Assembly (NCBI GenBank): GCA_032718475.1
Contig: JAUCBJ010007671.1
Coordinates: forward strand, 58,911-122,910
Direction of reading: 5' to 3'
From: Nemertoderma westbladi
Lineage: Eukaryota; Animalia; Xenacoelomorpha
Length of the DNA: 64,000 nt
Shown here piece by piece: positions 24,720 to 38,622 of the stretch. Each line of letters opens with the position of its first letter. Positions within the stretch are counted from its first letter, which is position 1. The notes below the pieces were generated by a model, which was not told where the DNA came from, did not search any database, and was given only the letters and a program-made list of their open reading frames with translations. Both the position numbers and the translations under genes were made by a program.

Positions 24720-26555
24720 ATAGGAGTGAGTGTGGCTGATAATCTAAAGGTCTCAATTTTAACGTACGCGGATGATGTTGTGCTCCTGGCGGAAGCCGAA
24801 GCGGACCTAAAGCTTCTACTGCGTGTGTTGAATAGATGGTGTAAAAATTGGCAACTGGAGGTTAATGCAAAAAAATCAAAAATTTTGCATTTCAGGAGTA
24901 AATCAGTAGCCTTGACGGAGGAGACTTTTAGTGTGGGTGATAAAGGTTTAGAAATTGTTGGTTTCTATAAGTACTTAGGGGTACACTTCGATGAGTATGA
25001 TACGTTTCAAGTATCCATGGATTGCCTTGCTAAGTCAGGTAGTCGTGCACTAGGTGCGATTATTGGTAAATCTCGGGATGCTAACGTACGGTGGCTGAAT
25101 TGTGCCACTTAATACTTTTTTTTATTTTTTTTTTGGAGCGACTTTTTGGTCGACCAAAAAGTACTTTTTGGTCGACCAATAAGTCGACTTTTTTGTCGAC
25201 CAAAAAGTAGTGTTTGGTCGACTAATAAGTCGACTTTTTGGTCGACCAAAAAGTCTGGAAGTATTATCCAATAGAAAACATACAACTATTTTCGAGGCAA
25301 AATCAAATTACATTAAGTGAATTAGGTGGTTATTTAAAACCGTAACACTATCATGATGAAGGATTAATATCCTAGGTACCGGTAGGCCTAGCGATCAATG
25401 TGTTTAACAAAGCTTTATGTACACCGGTACAGTAATTTGATTTTACCTCCAAAATAGTTATATATATGTTTTCTATTGGATAATACTTCCAGACTTTTTG
25501 GTCGACCAATAAGTCGACTTTTTGGTCGACCAATAAGTACTTTTTGGTCGACCATTAAGTAGTTTTTGGTCGACCAAAAAGTACTTTTTGGTCGACCAAT
25601 AAGTCGACTTTTTGGTCGACCAATAAGTACTTTTTGGTCGACCATTAAGTAGTTTTTGGTCGACCAAAAAGTACTTTTTGGTCGACCAATAAGTCGACTT
25701 TTTGGTCGACCAAAAAGTAGTTTTTGGTCGACCAATAAGTCGACTTTTTTGTCGACCAATAAGTAGTTTTTGGTCGACCAATAATTCGACTTTTTGGTCG
25801 ACCAAAAAGTACTTTTTGGTCGACCAATAAGTACTTTTTGGTCGACCAAGAAGTACTTTTTGGTCGACCAATAAGTACCTATTGGTCGACCAAAAAGTAC
25901 TTTTTGGTCGACCAAAAAGTCCCTTAAATAAATAAATAAAAAAAAGTATTAAGTGGCACAATTCAGCCACCGTACTAACGGGATTAATTACAGTACATTT
26001 ACAAAGTTGGTGTAGCGCCTATATTGGATTTCTGATCGGGTGTTTGGGGATATAGGGACTCCAGCAAATTAAATACAGTACAGCTTCGAGCTGCCCGTTG
26101 GTTTCTTGGTGTGCATCGATACACGGCTAATGCAGCGGTGGAAGGTGACATTGGCTGGAAACCCTGTCTCTATAGGAGATATTTGGAATGTATAAGATGG
26201 TGGAATAAGTTAATACCTATGGACCTAAATAGATTACCGAGGGAATTATTTGATATCGAGCGCTCATCCGATATTGGCTGGAGAAAAAATATTGGTATAA
26301 TTTTCAATAATATAGGGTTAACAAGAGTGTATGCCAGTAAAACCCTGTGTAGCCTAGCTGTAGCTAGCTCCAAATGTAGTTTGTATTTTGATAAGGTGTG
26401 GAAGGATCAGCTGGAAAATAAACCAAAGCTTCGTACATATAAAGTATTCAAATTGAACTGCGATGTTGAGCCGTATGTTAAAAGCCACCTTAGCAAAGAT
26501 TCAGCGCTCTATTATGGCGCAATTCCGATGTGGAGTACTCCCGCTTGCTGTTGAA
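24720..26555 (+). pseudogene. LINE RT 3' fragment interrupted by a MITE
   Basis: ILTYADD, YKYLGV, then ARWFLGVHRYTANAAVEGDIGW and KPKLRTY; the frame DANGINYSTFTKL is restored when 25087-25980 is removed. Confidence 0.88.
25087..25974. mobile_element. Non-autonomous DNA transposon (MITE), IS3EU-like termini, internal GGTCGACC satellite
   Basis: ~40-bp perfect TIR TACGGTGGCTGAATTGTGCCACTTAATACTTTTTTTTATTT; 6-bp TSD CTAACG at 25081-25086 and 25975-25980; internal array of 22-24-bp units. Confidence 0.92.
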
Positions 26556-26705
26556 TCTACAGTTAACTAATTACAGTTTTTGTTAAGTTTTTCAGAATAA
26601 GATGGGTAGGGTTTATATATGGTGCGGTATATAGTTAAGTTAGTATCATTTAGAGACACATTATTTCTGTTCTAATATGTTTCATTTACATTTTATATAT
26701 TTCAG

Positions 26706-26786
26706 TTTCAGCTCCAACTACAGTTACTACAACCACAGCTCCAACTACAGTTACTACAACCACAGCTACAACTACAGTTCCGCCAG
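26706..26786 (+). CDS. Host mucin-like gene, internal Thr-rich exon
   Basis: TTTCAG acceptor (alternative in-frame AG 6 nt downstream), SAPTTVTTTTAPTTVTTTTATTTVPP, G|GTAC donor; phase 1-1. Confidence 0.75.
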
Positions 26787-27642
26787 GTACGAATGTAATA
26801 TAGTACTGTACTTAATCTACAAGTATCAATTATGTCTTCTTACTTTATGTTTGACATTAATTCCAGAGACAGGGGGGGGGGGGGGCATGTTACAGTTTTA
26901 TTTTTGAGAGTAATCATCTGTTAATTGCGTCGAATTTCCCCTGGAGAGGGATTAATTTTTATTGCGTCCAGTTCCCCCCCCCCCCCCCCCCCCCCCCACT
27001 TCATTATTCACCAGCTGTAATCTAAGTCTATTTATATTGTACTGTACGTACATGTACATCATCCATTGTCCATTCGTTAATGTAAACAACTGTTTTCAAA
27101 CAGCATAGTGCATACTCTAAATTATCAAACAATGCAACTTTACATTGCTACTCTTCGTCAAGTCTGCAAACAATGTATGTATTCAAAACTTCAAATTATT
27201 TAGTCTCATTATACCAGAAACCATGCATATTTAACTATGTTCTATCCATTAAACATATTAATTAATCATAGTTTAAACCAAAACATAGAGAATAAAGATA
27301 CAATAGTATGCTAACAAATCAAATATAGTATTATGATGATGGGGTATCCCCCATAAAAAACACTCGTAGTATACTAGTATAGTATTTAAATGTGAGTCAA
27401 TAATTAATTTAAATACATTAAAATCCACCGAATTAAAATTATTACTGTATTTTATTTAATATTGGTCTTAAAAATATAATAGAACTGTTGTTGTCTGTTG
27501 GCCAGATAATGTAGCTAATCAAATGCATCAGTACCAGTATGTTGAAGCAGAATGTGAACAAACACTGGAATAAATAACAATGTGCCATGTGATTGCTTAA
27601 TTATTCAAAACAATTAAAACTTATTATGAAGTTATTTATTAG

Positions 27643-28320
27643 TTATTTATATTTACAAATCAGAGTAGACCTAAGTCGACGAGCCTTTTCTTTGGATGGT
27701 TTAAAGTCGAGGATCATCGAACACAAGAACTCGAAGAATGCATCAGGAAATTTAAATTTAAGTGCATATATGAAACCAATTGAGAATATAATGGATTCAT
27801 CCCGGGATTGCCTGGAGGTAATTTCGCGTCCCTCGACAGACACAATTATTTCTTCCACGCAAACAACTGATTCATGGAAAATCACTGTGATTTTTAGAAA
27901 ACCACTGTTATCAAATTCGTGTTCCTTAAGGGTTCCTGTAAGCGGATTCAGTTCCACTGCATTACCCTCATAAATGGGAAGTGGCACATTTTCAGTAATA
28001 TGTCGGAGGTACGAGATTGGCAATAACAAATCTCGTATCACAACCAATAACCGGGGATAACACAAACCCCAAAGCCACACAAAGGGAGGTTAGAGGTCAA
28101 ACCACCTCGGGAGGGAAAAATAACCAACAGGGGCCAACAGGGGGGGGGGGGGGGGGGAACTTATTTTCCCCTCTTATTTTAAGGGATCCCTGGATCCCTT
28201 GATCCCGTCACAATTCATCCGTCCTGATCCTGTAGTCCTGTCATCAAAGATTCCTGTTCTCCAGGCTGAGTAGACGCTCCAGGTTCACTAATAGACTGAT
28301 CTTGAGTGTTATGTTCTTCC
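27643..28320 (-). pseudogene. Terminal exon of a SAMD3-C-terminus-like (transposon accessory-type) gene, split by a solo LTR
   Basis: IVSVEGREI...FIYALKFKFPDAFFEFL pattern; TGTAG acceptor near 28320; removing the LTR and a 5-bp TSD gives a continuous frame ...QDQDGGTLKEHEF... Confidence 0.45.
27937..28212 (+). mobile_element. Internally deleted solo LTR related to the element B LTR
   Basis: TGTAAGCGGATTCA...GATCCCGTCACA aligns by eye with 15344-15925; decayed 5-bp TSD GTTCC/ATTCA. Confidence 0.85.
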
Positions 28321-29398
28321 TACATAAATAGTATTACAATAGTTACATTAAAATTCATCATACAATTTTAAAATTACATTTTCAATTTTTTTGTCTTGTA
28401 GGACTAGTCTACTCGGACCCTTGGAGGCAAACTGTATGTCAACAAGTTACGATTTACCGGCTAAAAAAGTAAAATAAAATATTTTTGGTAGAATTCCAAA
28501 TTTTATTACATATGTTGAAATACCATTGACGTAGAAAAGGTTTACAGGTAATTGGAGTAAAATCCATTCACCCACTCAAAAGTTATTGTAATTTTAGTGT
28601 CTACAAGGCGAACTCCAAAACGGAACTCAATATCCAATATTGGTTTTTATGTAATCAAGCGGCTCTCTAGTTACGTAATATTCGAGACACTAAATTATTT
28701 AACATTGAGTAAAGCAGTATCAGGAGTTGAAGTGTACAATAATTGGAATCGCAGTAATTATGGAAGCAATATAGTAAAATACTGCAGTTCAATTTATTTT
28801 GTAACACTATATCGCTCTATCTTTTATTAAAGAGTTGAGCTACAAAAAAATACAAACTTAAGAATAAATTTACGTATTACATGGGAAAAAAACGTAGAAC
28901 ATTTTATTTTCAATATTCTCTCGACCCTTAAGGATAATTAAACTGATAGTTTAAATATTTTAACTAGTACAGTTTGTGCATGTAGTTGTATTTTATATTC
29001 AATAGGAAAACTGAGATTTTATAGCTTCTAGCAACATTGCTATTCTTAGTAGAATTGAATGACCTACCGAACATCTGAACACAAGTAAGTAAGTGAGTTA
29101 GTAAGTTAAAGACAAGAGGTTGAGCGGAGATATTTAAAATAATTAGCAATATACCCAGCAAGATATTAAAAAATAACACAATAATAACAAGCAATAATCG
29201 TTGCAACCACTTGGGCCCGTATTGTTTAGTACCCCCCCTCCCGGGAATGAGATTTTTCATTTCCCAATAAATACTACTCCTCTACCATTTCTTAACCAAT
29301 TTTCAAAATTGATTTCTTTCATTTGCCTTTATTTTCCCTCTGTAAAAAGTTATTATGTTAGTTTATTTTATATTATTTTTTTATATCTTATTTACCAG

Positions 29399-30217
29399 CA
29401 CCAACATTTCCTGGAACAACAGTATCGACTACAACTACAGTTCCAACAACCGCTGCAACAACAACAATTGTGACAACCGCAGCACCAACAACAGTTGTGA
29501 CAACCGCAACACCAACAAATGTCGCAACATCCGCAGCACCAACAACTGTATCGACAACCACAACACCAACATCAGTAACGACAACCGCAGCACCAACAAC
29601 AGTTACGACAACCGTAACACCAACAACAGTTACGACATCCGCAGCACCAACAACAGTTACGACAACCGCAGTACCAACAACAGTTACGACATCCGCAGCA
29701 CCAACAACAGTTACGACAACCGCAGCACCAACAACAGTTACGACAACCGCAGCACCAACAACAGTTACGACAACCGCATTACCAACAACAGTTACGACAT
29801 CCGCAGCACCAACAACAGTTACGACAACCGCAGTACCAACAACAGTTACGACATCCGCAGCACCAACAACAGTTACGACAACCGCAGCACCAACAACAGT
29901 TACGACAACCGCAGTACCAACAACAGTTACGACAACCGCAGCACCAACAACAGTTACGACAACCGTAGCACCAACAACAGTTACGACAACCGCAGTACCA
30001 ACAACAGTTACGACAACCGCAGTACCAACAACAGTTACGACATCCGCAGCACCAACAACAGTTACGACAACTGCAGCACCAACAACAGTTATGACATCCA
30101 CAGCAACAACAACAGTTACGACAACTGAAGAACAAGCAACAGTTATGACAACCACAGCACCAACAACAGTTACGACCATAGCAGCAGCTACATCAACTAA
30201 AGATCCAACAACAACAG
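29399..30217 (+). CDS. Host mucin-like gene, large PTS exon (27-bp TTTAAPTTV repeats)
   Basis: Pyrimidine-rich tract with TTTACCAG acceptor, 819-nt open frame, G|GTATGA donor; phase 1-1. Confidence 0.85.
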
Positions 30218-30769
30218 GTATGAATAAAAAGTAAATAGTAAGTTATTATTAATGTTCTGATATTATTATGTAAATACATATATTTCGGGCACAAATAATG
30301 TCTATTATCAATATAAGAAGTAATGGAATAACAACTGTCTGGATGTATGTATAGTCTATGGTTGGTATGATACCGGTACAGTAAAGATGACCACTAACTA
30401 CTGAACTATATAACAACTGAAAGTAAAAAATAGCAAACAGATACAAACACAGCGCAAAATTGAAATTAAATATTTTGAAATTCAGATTCGGCTTAGTAAA
30501 TCTGCACAACTACAGTACAAAAATATGATTTAGTAAATCTGCACAACTAGAGTACAAAAATACACAACTAACAGTAAATCTGCACCACTACTAAAACCGT
30601 ACAAATTACCAAATATATCTACCAATTTAGCTACCCTATCTACCCATTGACTTACTGCTGCTACACCAAGCTGGTCAACTTTGATCGAAGTTCTCTTATT
30701 TATCGCTGGTCACTAACTCCCAGGGATGTTATACATAAGCTTTCTAGATTTCCACCCTCATATTAACGG

Positions 30770-31680
30770 GAATGCTGCCAGCCCCTCTGGTCTCAATGTC
30801 CAGGGATAGAAGTACATTGCCACCCAATTCTGATGAGCCTTTTCTGAGCTATGTTCAAGCATCACCATGGCAGTGATAAATGTTGCCCAAACACTGATTG
30901 GCTCTGGTTGCCTCTCATCTTTACTCTCGGCTCGCCTGGTTGCTATAGATAAGTGACCTGGCATCAGGCTGATTAGTATAGGGGAGGTTACTACCATGCA
31001 TTATCGGAAAGTCAATCACCGTGAGCGTCTCGGATAATCTATAGACTGTTGGTGGTTCAGTACAGATATGTTGCGGGCAGAAAGCAGGGATTGAACATGA
31101 ACCAGCCGTACATAGTCTTAATGACGCATTTGATAGCGACGGGTCTGAGGTGGTTCTACAAGTGGACACAAATAATGCGTTAATTCATTCATTTCAATGC
31201 AGTGCTGCGACACACAATATCGGCATTGTTTGTCCTTCCCTTAAGACTGCTGTTAACAACTGCTATGCCCAGCTAACCAAACTGTTTTTAGGGGGTGAGT
31301 TTATATATTCGTCTGAGTGTTTTACCGAGGGTGATCCTCACGCCATGTCGAGTTACGCTGTTGGGAAGATCCCACTGTTAGACAAGATGGGGGAAGCGTC
31401 TAGCATCAACCATAAGTGGTATGCAGATGATGGGAATACGGCTGGAATGCTGACTGAGCTCAAGAAATGGTGTGATTTAGTGGCTGTGAGGGGTAGTTTA
31501 TACAGTATTTTCCGATGAAATGTGTCCTCCTCATAAAGCCAGAGTTTCTCGGAGAAGCTGAGTCTCTATTCCCAGAGCCTTGCTTTACGATACATCTAGT
31601 TTCGTAGGTGCCGTCGGCACCGATGGGCTCCTTCAGGAGTTCCAACAGGAGTTCATCGATGCCAAGTTTGCCGAGTTTAT
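30770..31680 (+). pseudogene. CRE-clade non-LTR retrotransposon RT fragment
   Basis: AASPSGL, RLVAIDK*PGIRLISIGE, QICCGQKAG, LQVDTNNA, EGDPHAM, WYADD across frameshifts. Confidence 0.75.
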
Positions 31681-31962
31681 TTTATTTTTATTTATTTACA
31701 ACAATTTACTACAATACTACACAATACAAGATATTAATGTGCATGCAAGTTCAATTTGAATTAAATATAATATAATATTCGCAAAATTAAGTTGGGTTGA
31801 GTTGCATGCATATGTACTGATTGTGTAGAATGTAGAAGGTAATTGGCCAGGGAGACCCATTATGCCAATCACCACGTACATTCAGGCAAACACAGTTGAT
31901 AAATACATAGTTCACATTAATTCCACATGCTAAATAGGAACATAATATCGGTACTTACAGGA

Positions 31963-34450
31963 TTAGATCGCTGGCAATATTAGTGTTAGTAGTGCATGTT
32001 GGGTTGATCGATTACGTCTGAAGCCAAATTGCGATGGTGACAGTATAGCGAGTTTAGTTAAATAGTCAGTAAGTTCTGTATGTACGATTTTTTCTAGAAA
32101 TTTCGAGAAATAACAGAAAACAGATATTGGCCTGCAATTTTCTACAAAGGTAGGATTTTCAGCTTTGCATACAAGTGTAATGCAAGCAATTTTCATTTGT
32201 TTTGGCACAGTTCCACTGCAAAGGGAAAGGTTAATAATGTAAGTAAGCAAGTGGTTCTGCAATTAATGAAATTGTTGGGTGTACACTTGATGCAGCTAAT
32301 TTATCATACCCTGGACTGGTGCGATTGTTCAGGTCGTTGGCAGTGAGTACAATGCTAGTTACAGTTATGTGATTAAATGTTTTCAGTTTTTCTGTCGGCG
32401 CGGCCTGTGGTAGGTAGTCTAATGTGGAACCGTCAGATTGGCTATCTTTTTGTCTAATTGTGAGCCTATATTTTGCTAGTGAGTATTAAAGCAAGTCGCC
32501 ATTTCATCAGGGTCTGGTATTGTTCGATTGTTATTAGTGATCAGTGAAGGTGTTGAGGTTTTCATTTTCGTGTGTAGAAGGCCAGATATATGTTTCCACA
32601 CTGATTTTGTGGATTGTGTTTTGAAGTCTAGTATTTTACTGTAGTAGTTCTTCTTCGCTGAATGCAATAAATAAGGCATCTAAGATATTCCTGTAGGTTT
32701 TAAATGCCGTGAGATGTATATGGGTGGGATTCTTGGTATATGCACCAAATAATCTATCATGTTTTCTTATTGCTGTGTGGAGGCTCTGTGAGCCAAGGTT
32801 TCTGCGCGTTTCGAATTCTCACACATTCTAGTGGGAAGTGTAAATTGTATTGACGCTGGTACATGCCTAGAAAAGCGTCATAAGCGTCATCTGCCATCGA
32901 CTTGGTGTATATCTCGTTCCAGTCTGTGAGCAGAAAGCTGGTTTTGAATTCTTGCTGTCATTAAGGGTCATTAAGTTTCCTACGGTAGATGAATTGGGGC
33001 TTGGGTTTCTGAGTGGTTATAATATCTGTCAGTAGAAATACTGGGAGATAGTCCGATATTGGTGATATCAGTATGCCGGTGTTCGCGTTATTTTCATTTT
33101 GGCCCCGGGTACCCACCGAATCACAAACTCATTCCAAATGAAAATTCCAAATATACCTGGGCATGGTGGGCAAAAAACTAGAAGTCATAAAACCCAAAAT
33201 TATTCGATTACGGGCTGTTTTCCAGGAAGGTTGACTATTAAATTGTCGGCTTTCCAAAGTTAAAAGGTGGCCCTGATGTTCAAGGAATCAAGTACTTGGC
33301 TTCAGGTAGAGATCTTGACAGCCTAGCCTAGGCTGTGCGTTATGATTACACAATACAGACAAGGTCTGCTTTAAGTGCTACAAGTATAATTGGAGATGTG
33401 TCTGTCTTCCAGAGGAATGTAACTCCATGGTGAGTCCATAATGTGTTATGTTTGTAATTCTTTTCCCGTTGGAGTTTCATTGCATACTCAAATAAAAAAC
33501 AACCGTAATGGGTTGATAAGTGTTCGTTTATGTAGATTCGACAAGTGTAGGTATTATTCTTTAATATTTTGAATGTTATTATTTTCTTTTTGCATTTTAA
33601 GATCATGGCATCTCGAATGCCACAATTGCGTAACCGAATAACGACAGGTTTATTTGATGACTTTCTTTCGGTTGGTGCGAGGAAACACGACTCAATGTCA
33701 TCACTTTCAACATCTACACCAATAGTAGCAGCGATATCAGTTATCATTGACACCAGTTCAGTTTCTGAAATGATCTAGATCAATAATCTAGATGTTATTA
33801 CGCCGTGAGTCTTGTTGCATCCTTGTTAGATCAGAGGCGATTTGTGAATTTAAATTTTCTAAGTTTCACTTTTTTTTATTATGTTGTTTGTTTTCCGATT
33901 CTAGATAGGACAGGCTAGTTTTCATTGATTTGTGGTTGGTATTAATAAACTCCAGGCTGCGTTTCATATCTGCAACTTCCTTGCGTATGATACCTAATTC
34001 CGAGTTTAACTTCCACGTAATCTCGTCCAGTTTGGTGTCTATATAGCGAGCCATATCATTCTTCAATGTACCAAGTTTATTGTCGATCAGCTGACCGATG
34101 TTTTCCGATAGGTCTTCGAAGCTAAATTGAACCTCAGCTCCATAGGCCGCTATCGAATCATGTTGTTTGTCCAGATGTTTTTCCATCATATCGCTATCGA
34201 GTTGTTTTTTTCCTGTAATTTTGGTAGTCAGTTTGGTACCGGTAGGTATATCAGTATGGGTATTTTCCATCCTGACAGTTACTTCACATTGTGTTGGTAT
34301 ATGGTGGGTCATTGATATTTCTTTATCTGTATTGGCATACTGTTAGGATTGTACCGTGTTCTTCTCCTTCGGTTTGGTTTCACTGATTCCAGAGCCAGTT
34401 TTTCGGTTTACCTTTCCAGTGATGGTTAGGCGCAGGTTTGTTGAAATTAT
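31963..34450 (-). mobile_element. CR1/L2-group LINE, decayed (coiled-coil ORF1 and partial ORF2)
   Basis: ORF1 pieces 33866..34312 and 33346..33753 (IYINEHL); ORF2 pieces AKKNYY, NCRPISV, QFGFRRNRSTQHAL. Confidence 0.85.
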
Positions 34451-34745
34451 TTTTTGATGACGGTGACGCAGTTAGTGATAGAATCTGGAATCTGTTTGTC
34501 CGCAACCCTTTAGAGGACTTTGAAGCCATCAGGCAGTCAGGTTTACTAATTTAACACAAATCAGGCAACAGCAACAATCAGATACTGGCGCTATGGAGAT
34601 TGAATGACTATTACTGGGTGAATACACTTGTACTATAGTTTGTCTGACAGGTGGAGCACCTCGAAGGAATCGCCACCGCTGACCTGCACGGCGTTAATGC
34701 CCTTGTTGGTTACTAGGATCGGCATGCTGCATTGCAGCTGCATTT

Positions 34746-35270
34746 TTAAGAATGCTGTGCCGGCTTATCGACAAAATTGCACCGCCACAACTCCCTATCA
34801 CCCATGACATTTGCTAGATCATCCGCATCTTTAAGGCCAGTGTCCTTTAAGATGCGTCTCAAGAAAGTCATGGGCTGTCCACCATGCTTATTCACTCCAT
34901 GAGGCTGCCAAAGTACAAGATTATGCACTGGCTGGTCCTCACGGCGAAAGCAATGTCCTGCAAAGCGGAGGCGATTTTGTTCTAGTGTCAAGCTTGGGGG
35001 AACCAATGAGACACCTCCAATGTTATATAGTGTCTGGTTGGAGATGTGTGCATTGTACTTGACACAATGTACCCGGCGTAGCATTCTTGTGAATGTGCCA
35101 TCCAGAGATTTGGTGTCCTCAGCAGTTAGAGCCCAGCATGGACTCCCGTAGAGGAGTACTGGAACTACTGCTGCTCTAAATAATGCTGCTCAGCTATACC
35201 TTCATCTCGATTCAAGAAATTGAGTTCCAGCTCTAATGCCTTTGTCTTTGCTCGTCCATCGAATCTTGGA
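34746..35270 (-). mobile_element. RTE LINE 3' fragment
   Basis: VLLYGSPCWALT, RLRFAGHC, LVLWQP, DRELWR motifs. Confidence 0.85.
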
Positions 35271-35289
35271 ATCTTTTCGGCATACTGTG

Positions 35290-35581
35290 CTTGTGATATC
35301 TCATATGCTTTAGAAGCTCTATGTATCTGCAATCCCAAAAACATCTTCCACCCATGATCAATAAACTGATGTTTTCCAACTTGAAGTTGTGAACCTATAT
35401 ATGAAATAATATTAGAAAGAAAATCTTATGTTCCAGTTGCCATAATGTCATCAACATGAACAACAAGGATTCCAATAATTTAATTATTTCGTTTGAAATT
35501 AAATACTGCTGCATCCATCTCCAGTACACTACCACCCCAGCTTATAACCACAGACTTAAGTTTATTATACCAATTTCGTGA
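35290..35581 (-). pseudogene. Ty1/Copia RT fragment, downstream of the LINE insertion
   Basis: - strand reads SRNWYNKL...GILVVHVDDIM. Confidence 0.7.
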
Positions 35582-35712
35582 TTTTTTATTTTTTTTTTCT
35601 TTATTCCATCGGGCCGAAACCCATTGTACATAGGCCTACCTACAATATGCACGATATACATAATACAAAAATCAACACAACACAATAATTTGCACAAATG
35701 ATTATTACTGGG

Positions 35713-38554
35713 TTATGTACCCAAAACTCGTTTCCATCTATCAATAATGACAGAATCATCTTTCGTAACTAGATAACAAGCTGCTACAATTCGATTATTT
35801 GACTTGGTTACACGATTATACATAGAATACATGTTACTACGTAACACCGATTTAAATGTATTTACTCTGTTAGCGACAAAAAATGTGTCGGCATCCTCAG
35901 TTAGGCCATATTTAAATAGTAACCTAAACGCAGTATTATATGCAACCTTCAGCTTGCGCTGACATTCTACTCGAAAAATAGACCAAAGTGCACAACAATA
36001 TATATTATAACAAAAAGCCTTAAAAAGCACCACTTTTACAGATTTCGAACATACTGAAAAATGCCGAGCTAACTGGTTACCACGACAATATATGCCACTT
36101 CTCAGACGCATCATGTCTGGTTCGTCTGACAAGTCACAAGATATTGTGTGTCCCAAGTACTGCACCTGCCGAACACACTCTAATGGCTTACCATTAAGAA
36201 ATACATCTCCTGCACGTCCAAATTTATATGGTAAGAAATACATGCAGTTTGATTTAGAAGGATTAAATAGGATATCAAATTCCAAACCGTACTGTTCACA
36301 TATCTTAACCAATGCTCTTAGCCCAAAGATACTAGGAGACAATAAACACAAATCATCGGCATAAAACAAATGATTTAACAATAACGTACCTAACCGACAA
36401 CCAACATTAATATTATTAAGACGCACACTCAATTCATTAACATAAATATTAAGCAATAACGGGGAGATTAGGCTCCCCTGCCTCACACCATTTGAAACAT
36501 AAAAACTGTCAGACACTGAAGAACCCCGAGACACCGTAATAGATTGTCTACTATACCAATAACTTAACAACCTAACTATTCCAATTGGAACTTTCATATC
36601 AATTAGTTTACGAAATAACTTAAAATGCGAAACACGATCAAATGCTTTTGAAGCATCCAGAAAGGCAGAGAAAGGCAGAGTACATGGGTGAGTCTTTAGA
36701 GATATACAATTGCACAGTTTCTTTCAAAGTGAAAATGCATAAATCCGTACCCAATCCCGTACTAAAACCAAACTGATTATCTTCTATAGACGCACAGCGA
36801 GATATAGTGTCAAAGAAACAGGATTCAGTAACCTTATAACCACTATTAGCTGACGCTACGGGTCTATAGTTAGAATCATCATTCAGACTACTATTCTTAT
36901 CTTTTACCACCGGAGATATACATGAACTCATAAATGAATCAGGTAGATAACCATGAGCAATAAAGCTATTAATCAACAGGGATAAGAGTGCTGTTAATTT
37001 ATTACTCCCAAATATATATCTTTCTGGAAAAATATTATCAGGCCCTGCAGCCTTCCCTATTTTTAAACCTTTAATAGCGGAAGTTACATCACTAACGGAA
37101 ATATGTACTCTATCTGAGCCATCTCATTTATCAAAAACGTCATTAACAAAATCTATGTCATCTTTATTCGACGGCACAGAATTAAAAATAGTTTCATATT
37201 TACATTTAAACAAATCAGCAATATCATCAGAGTTAAATGCCTCACCTACAGTAGAAACACGGGGTATTTGACTTTTGGTCTGTTTCTTAACATTATTCCA
37301 AAAATCCTTCCCCGAATTAACGAAAGAATTAGCAAGACGGTCAGCACGAATACTGTTTACCTTATTTTTACATAGACGTAAAGCTAATTTAAACTGTGCC
37401 GAAGTTTTCCGTTTGACGTCCCAGAGGATTCCAAACTTTGGTCTCCCTTGATCCCGCCAAACGCGAAAAGCTTCCCGTGCAGCCTCGTTTTTACCTTTTA
37501 CCAATTCATTCCACCCAGGAACAGCATCCCGACTTGCGGGGCTTTTCCTACTGGGAATGCAGTTATCAGTTGCTACCCATATACTGTCGCAAATAGCACC
37601 ATAACAAGAATCTAAACTAGATAGATGCACAGGATCCTTACAATGAACATCACTACAAACAATTGAATTATGTGGAATATCAATTTTAGCCAGAATATTT
37701 TCCAACCTAGCGCGATAATTATCAATATGACAAGACGTAGCCTTTTCCCAGTTCGGCAACGAGTTAGAAACTTTCAGTTTCACCGTCGCCCCCGGCACCG
37801 AGCCGGGCGCTTCCTCAATACCACAAAAATTAAATGTAAAACACAGAGGCATGTGGTCATCCACCGCCATGTCATAAATTATTGCACAATCCAAAATATT
37901 ATCGGAAAAGTGTGAAGTGCAAACAATATGATCAAGCCAACTTACTGAGCCATGCACATGGCTTAAATAGGAAAAAGAATTTCGCGGCAACATTCTAATA
38001 TCAGGACAACTTAGATTAGCAACATCACAAAAAGAAAATAATTCCCTGCCAAACTCACGGGAAGGGTCAGTGTTAAAATCTCCAACTATGGCACACTGAA
38101 TACCAGGATGGTCAGAGATAATCGTATTACATTTACCTAAAAGTTCTAGAAAAATATCGAGGTTATCCGGGTTGTCACAAGGCATGTACACATTTAACCA
38201 TAGTATAGAATTACCGTTACATTGTAATTTCGAGCACATAATACGATTTGTATTCCTATCACAAAAATCAACACAATTTCCGAGAGACTTACGCCACAGT
38301 ACTACCAGTCCACCATGTGGCCGACCACAAAGTGGACCTTGCGATAAATCAACTGACGCTTTGCCGACGCCATAGAAGTCTTTGTGTAATGAGTTTAATT
38401 TATATAAATCCTGTTTATATAGCCAAGTCTCTTGGAGAAAAATAATATCATTTCGCTCACACAAATTCATAATGTACTGTAAATGATTATTAAGACCTCC
38501 ACAATTATAGCAACATACTTTTAAAGCTGAGTTATTACCATTATAGTAAGCCAT
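35713..38554 (-). pseudogene. LINE ORF2 (APE plus RT)
   Basis: YNCGG, LQETW, GRPHGG, GDFN, WLDH, DDHMP; NYRPV, QFGF, GVRQG, FYADD, YLGH. Confidence 0.93.
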
Positions 38555-38622
38555 TGTTAATGATTATTAATACTCTAATTAAAAAAAAAAAAAAGAATTA
38601 TAGAAATAAACCTGTAAAGTCC

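Noticed and set aside
25140-25920. CRISPR-like array of short palindromic repeats, and ORFs 25415..25970
   Set aside because: There are no unique spacers and no cas genes; the array lies inside a TIR/TSD-bounded MITE and the ORFs are repeat translations.
29355-30179. Asn-rich, Val-rich and Cys-rich ORFs (29355..30128, 29388..30179, 29779..30135)
   Set aside because: These are alternative frames of the 27-bp mucin repeat; only the Thr-rich frame fits the splice phases.
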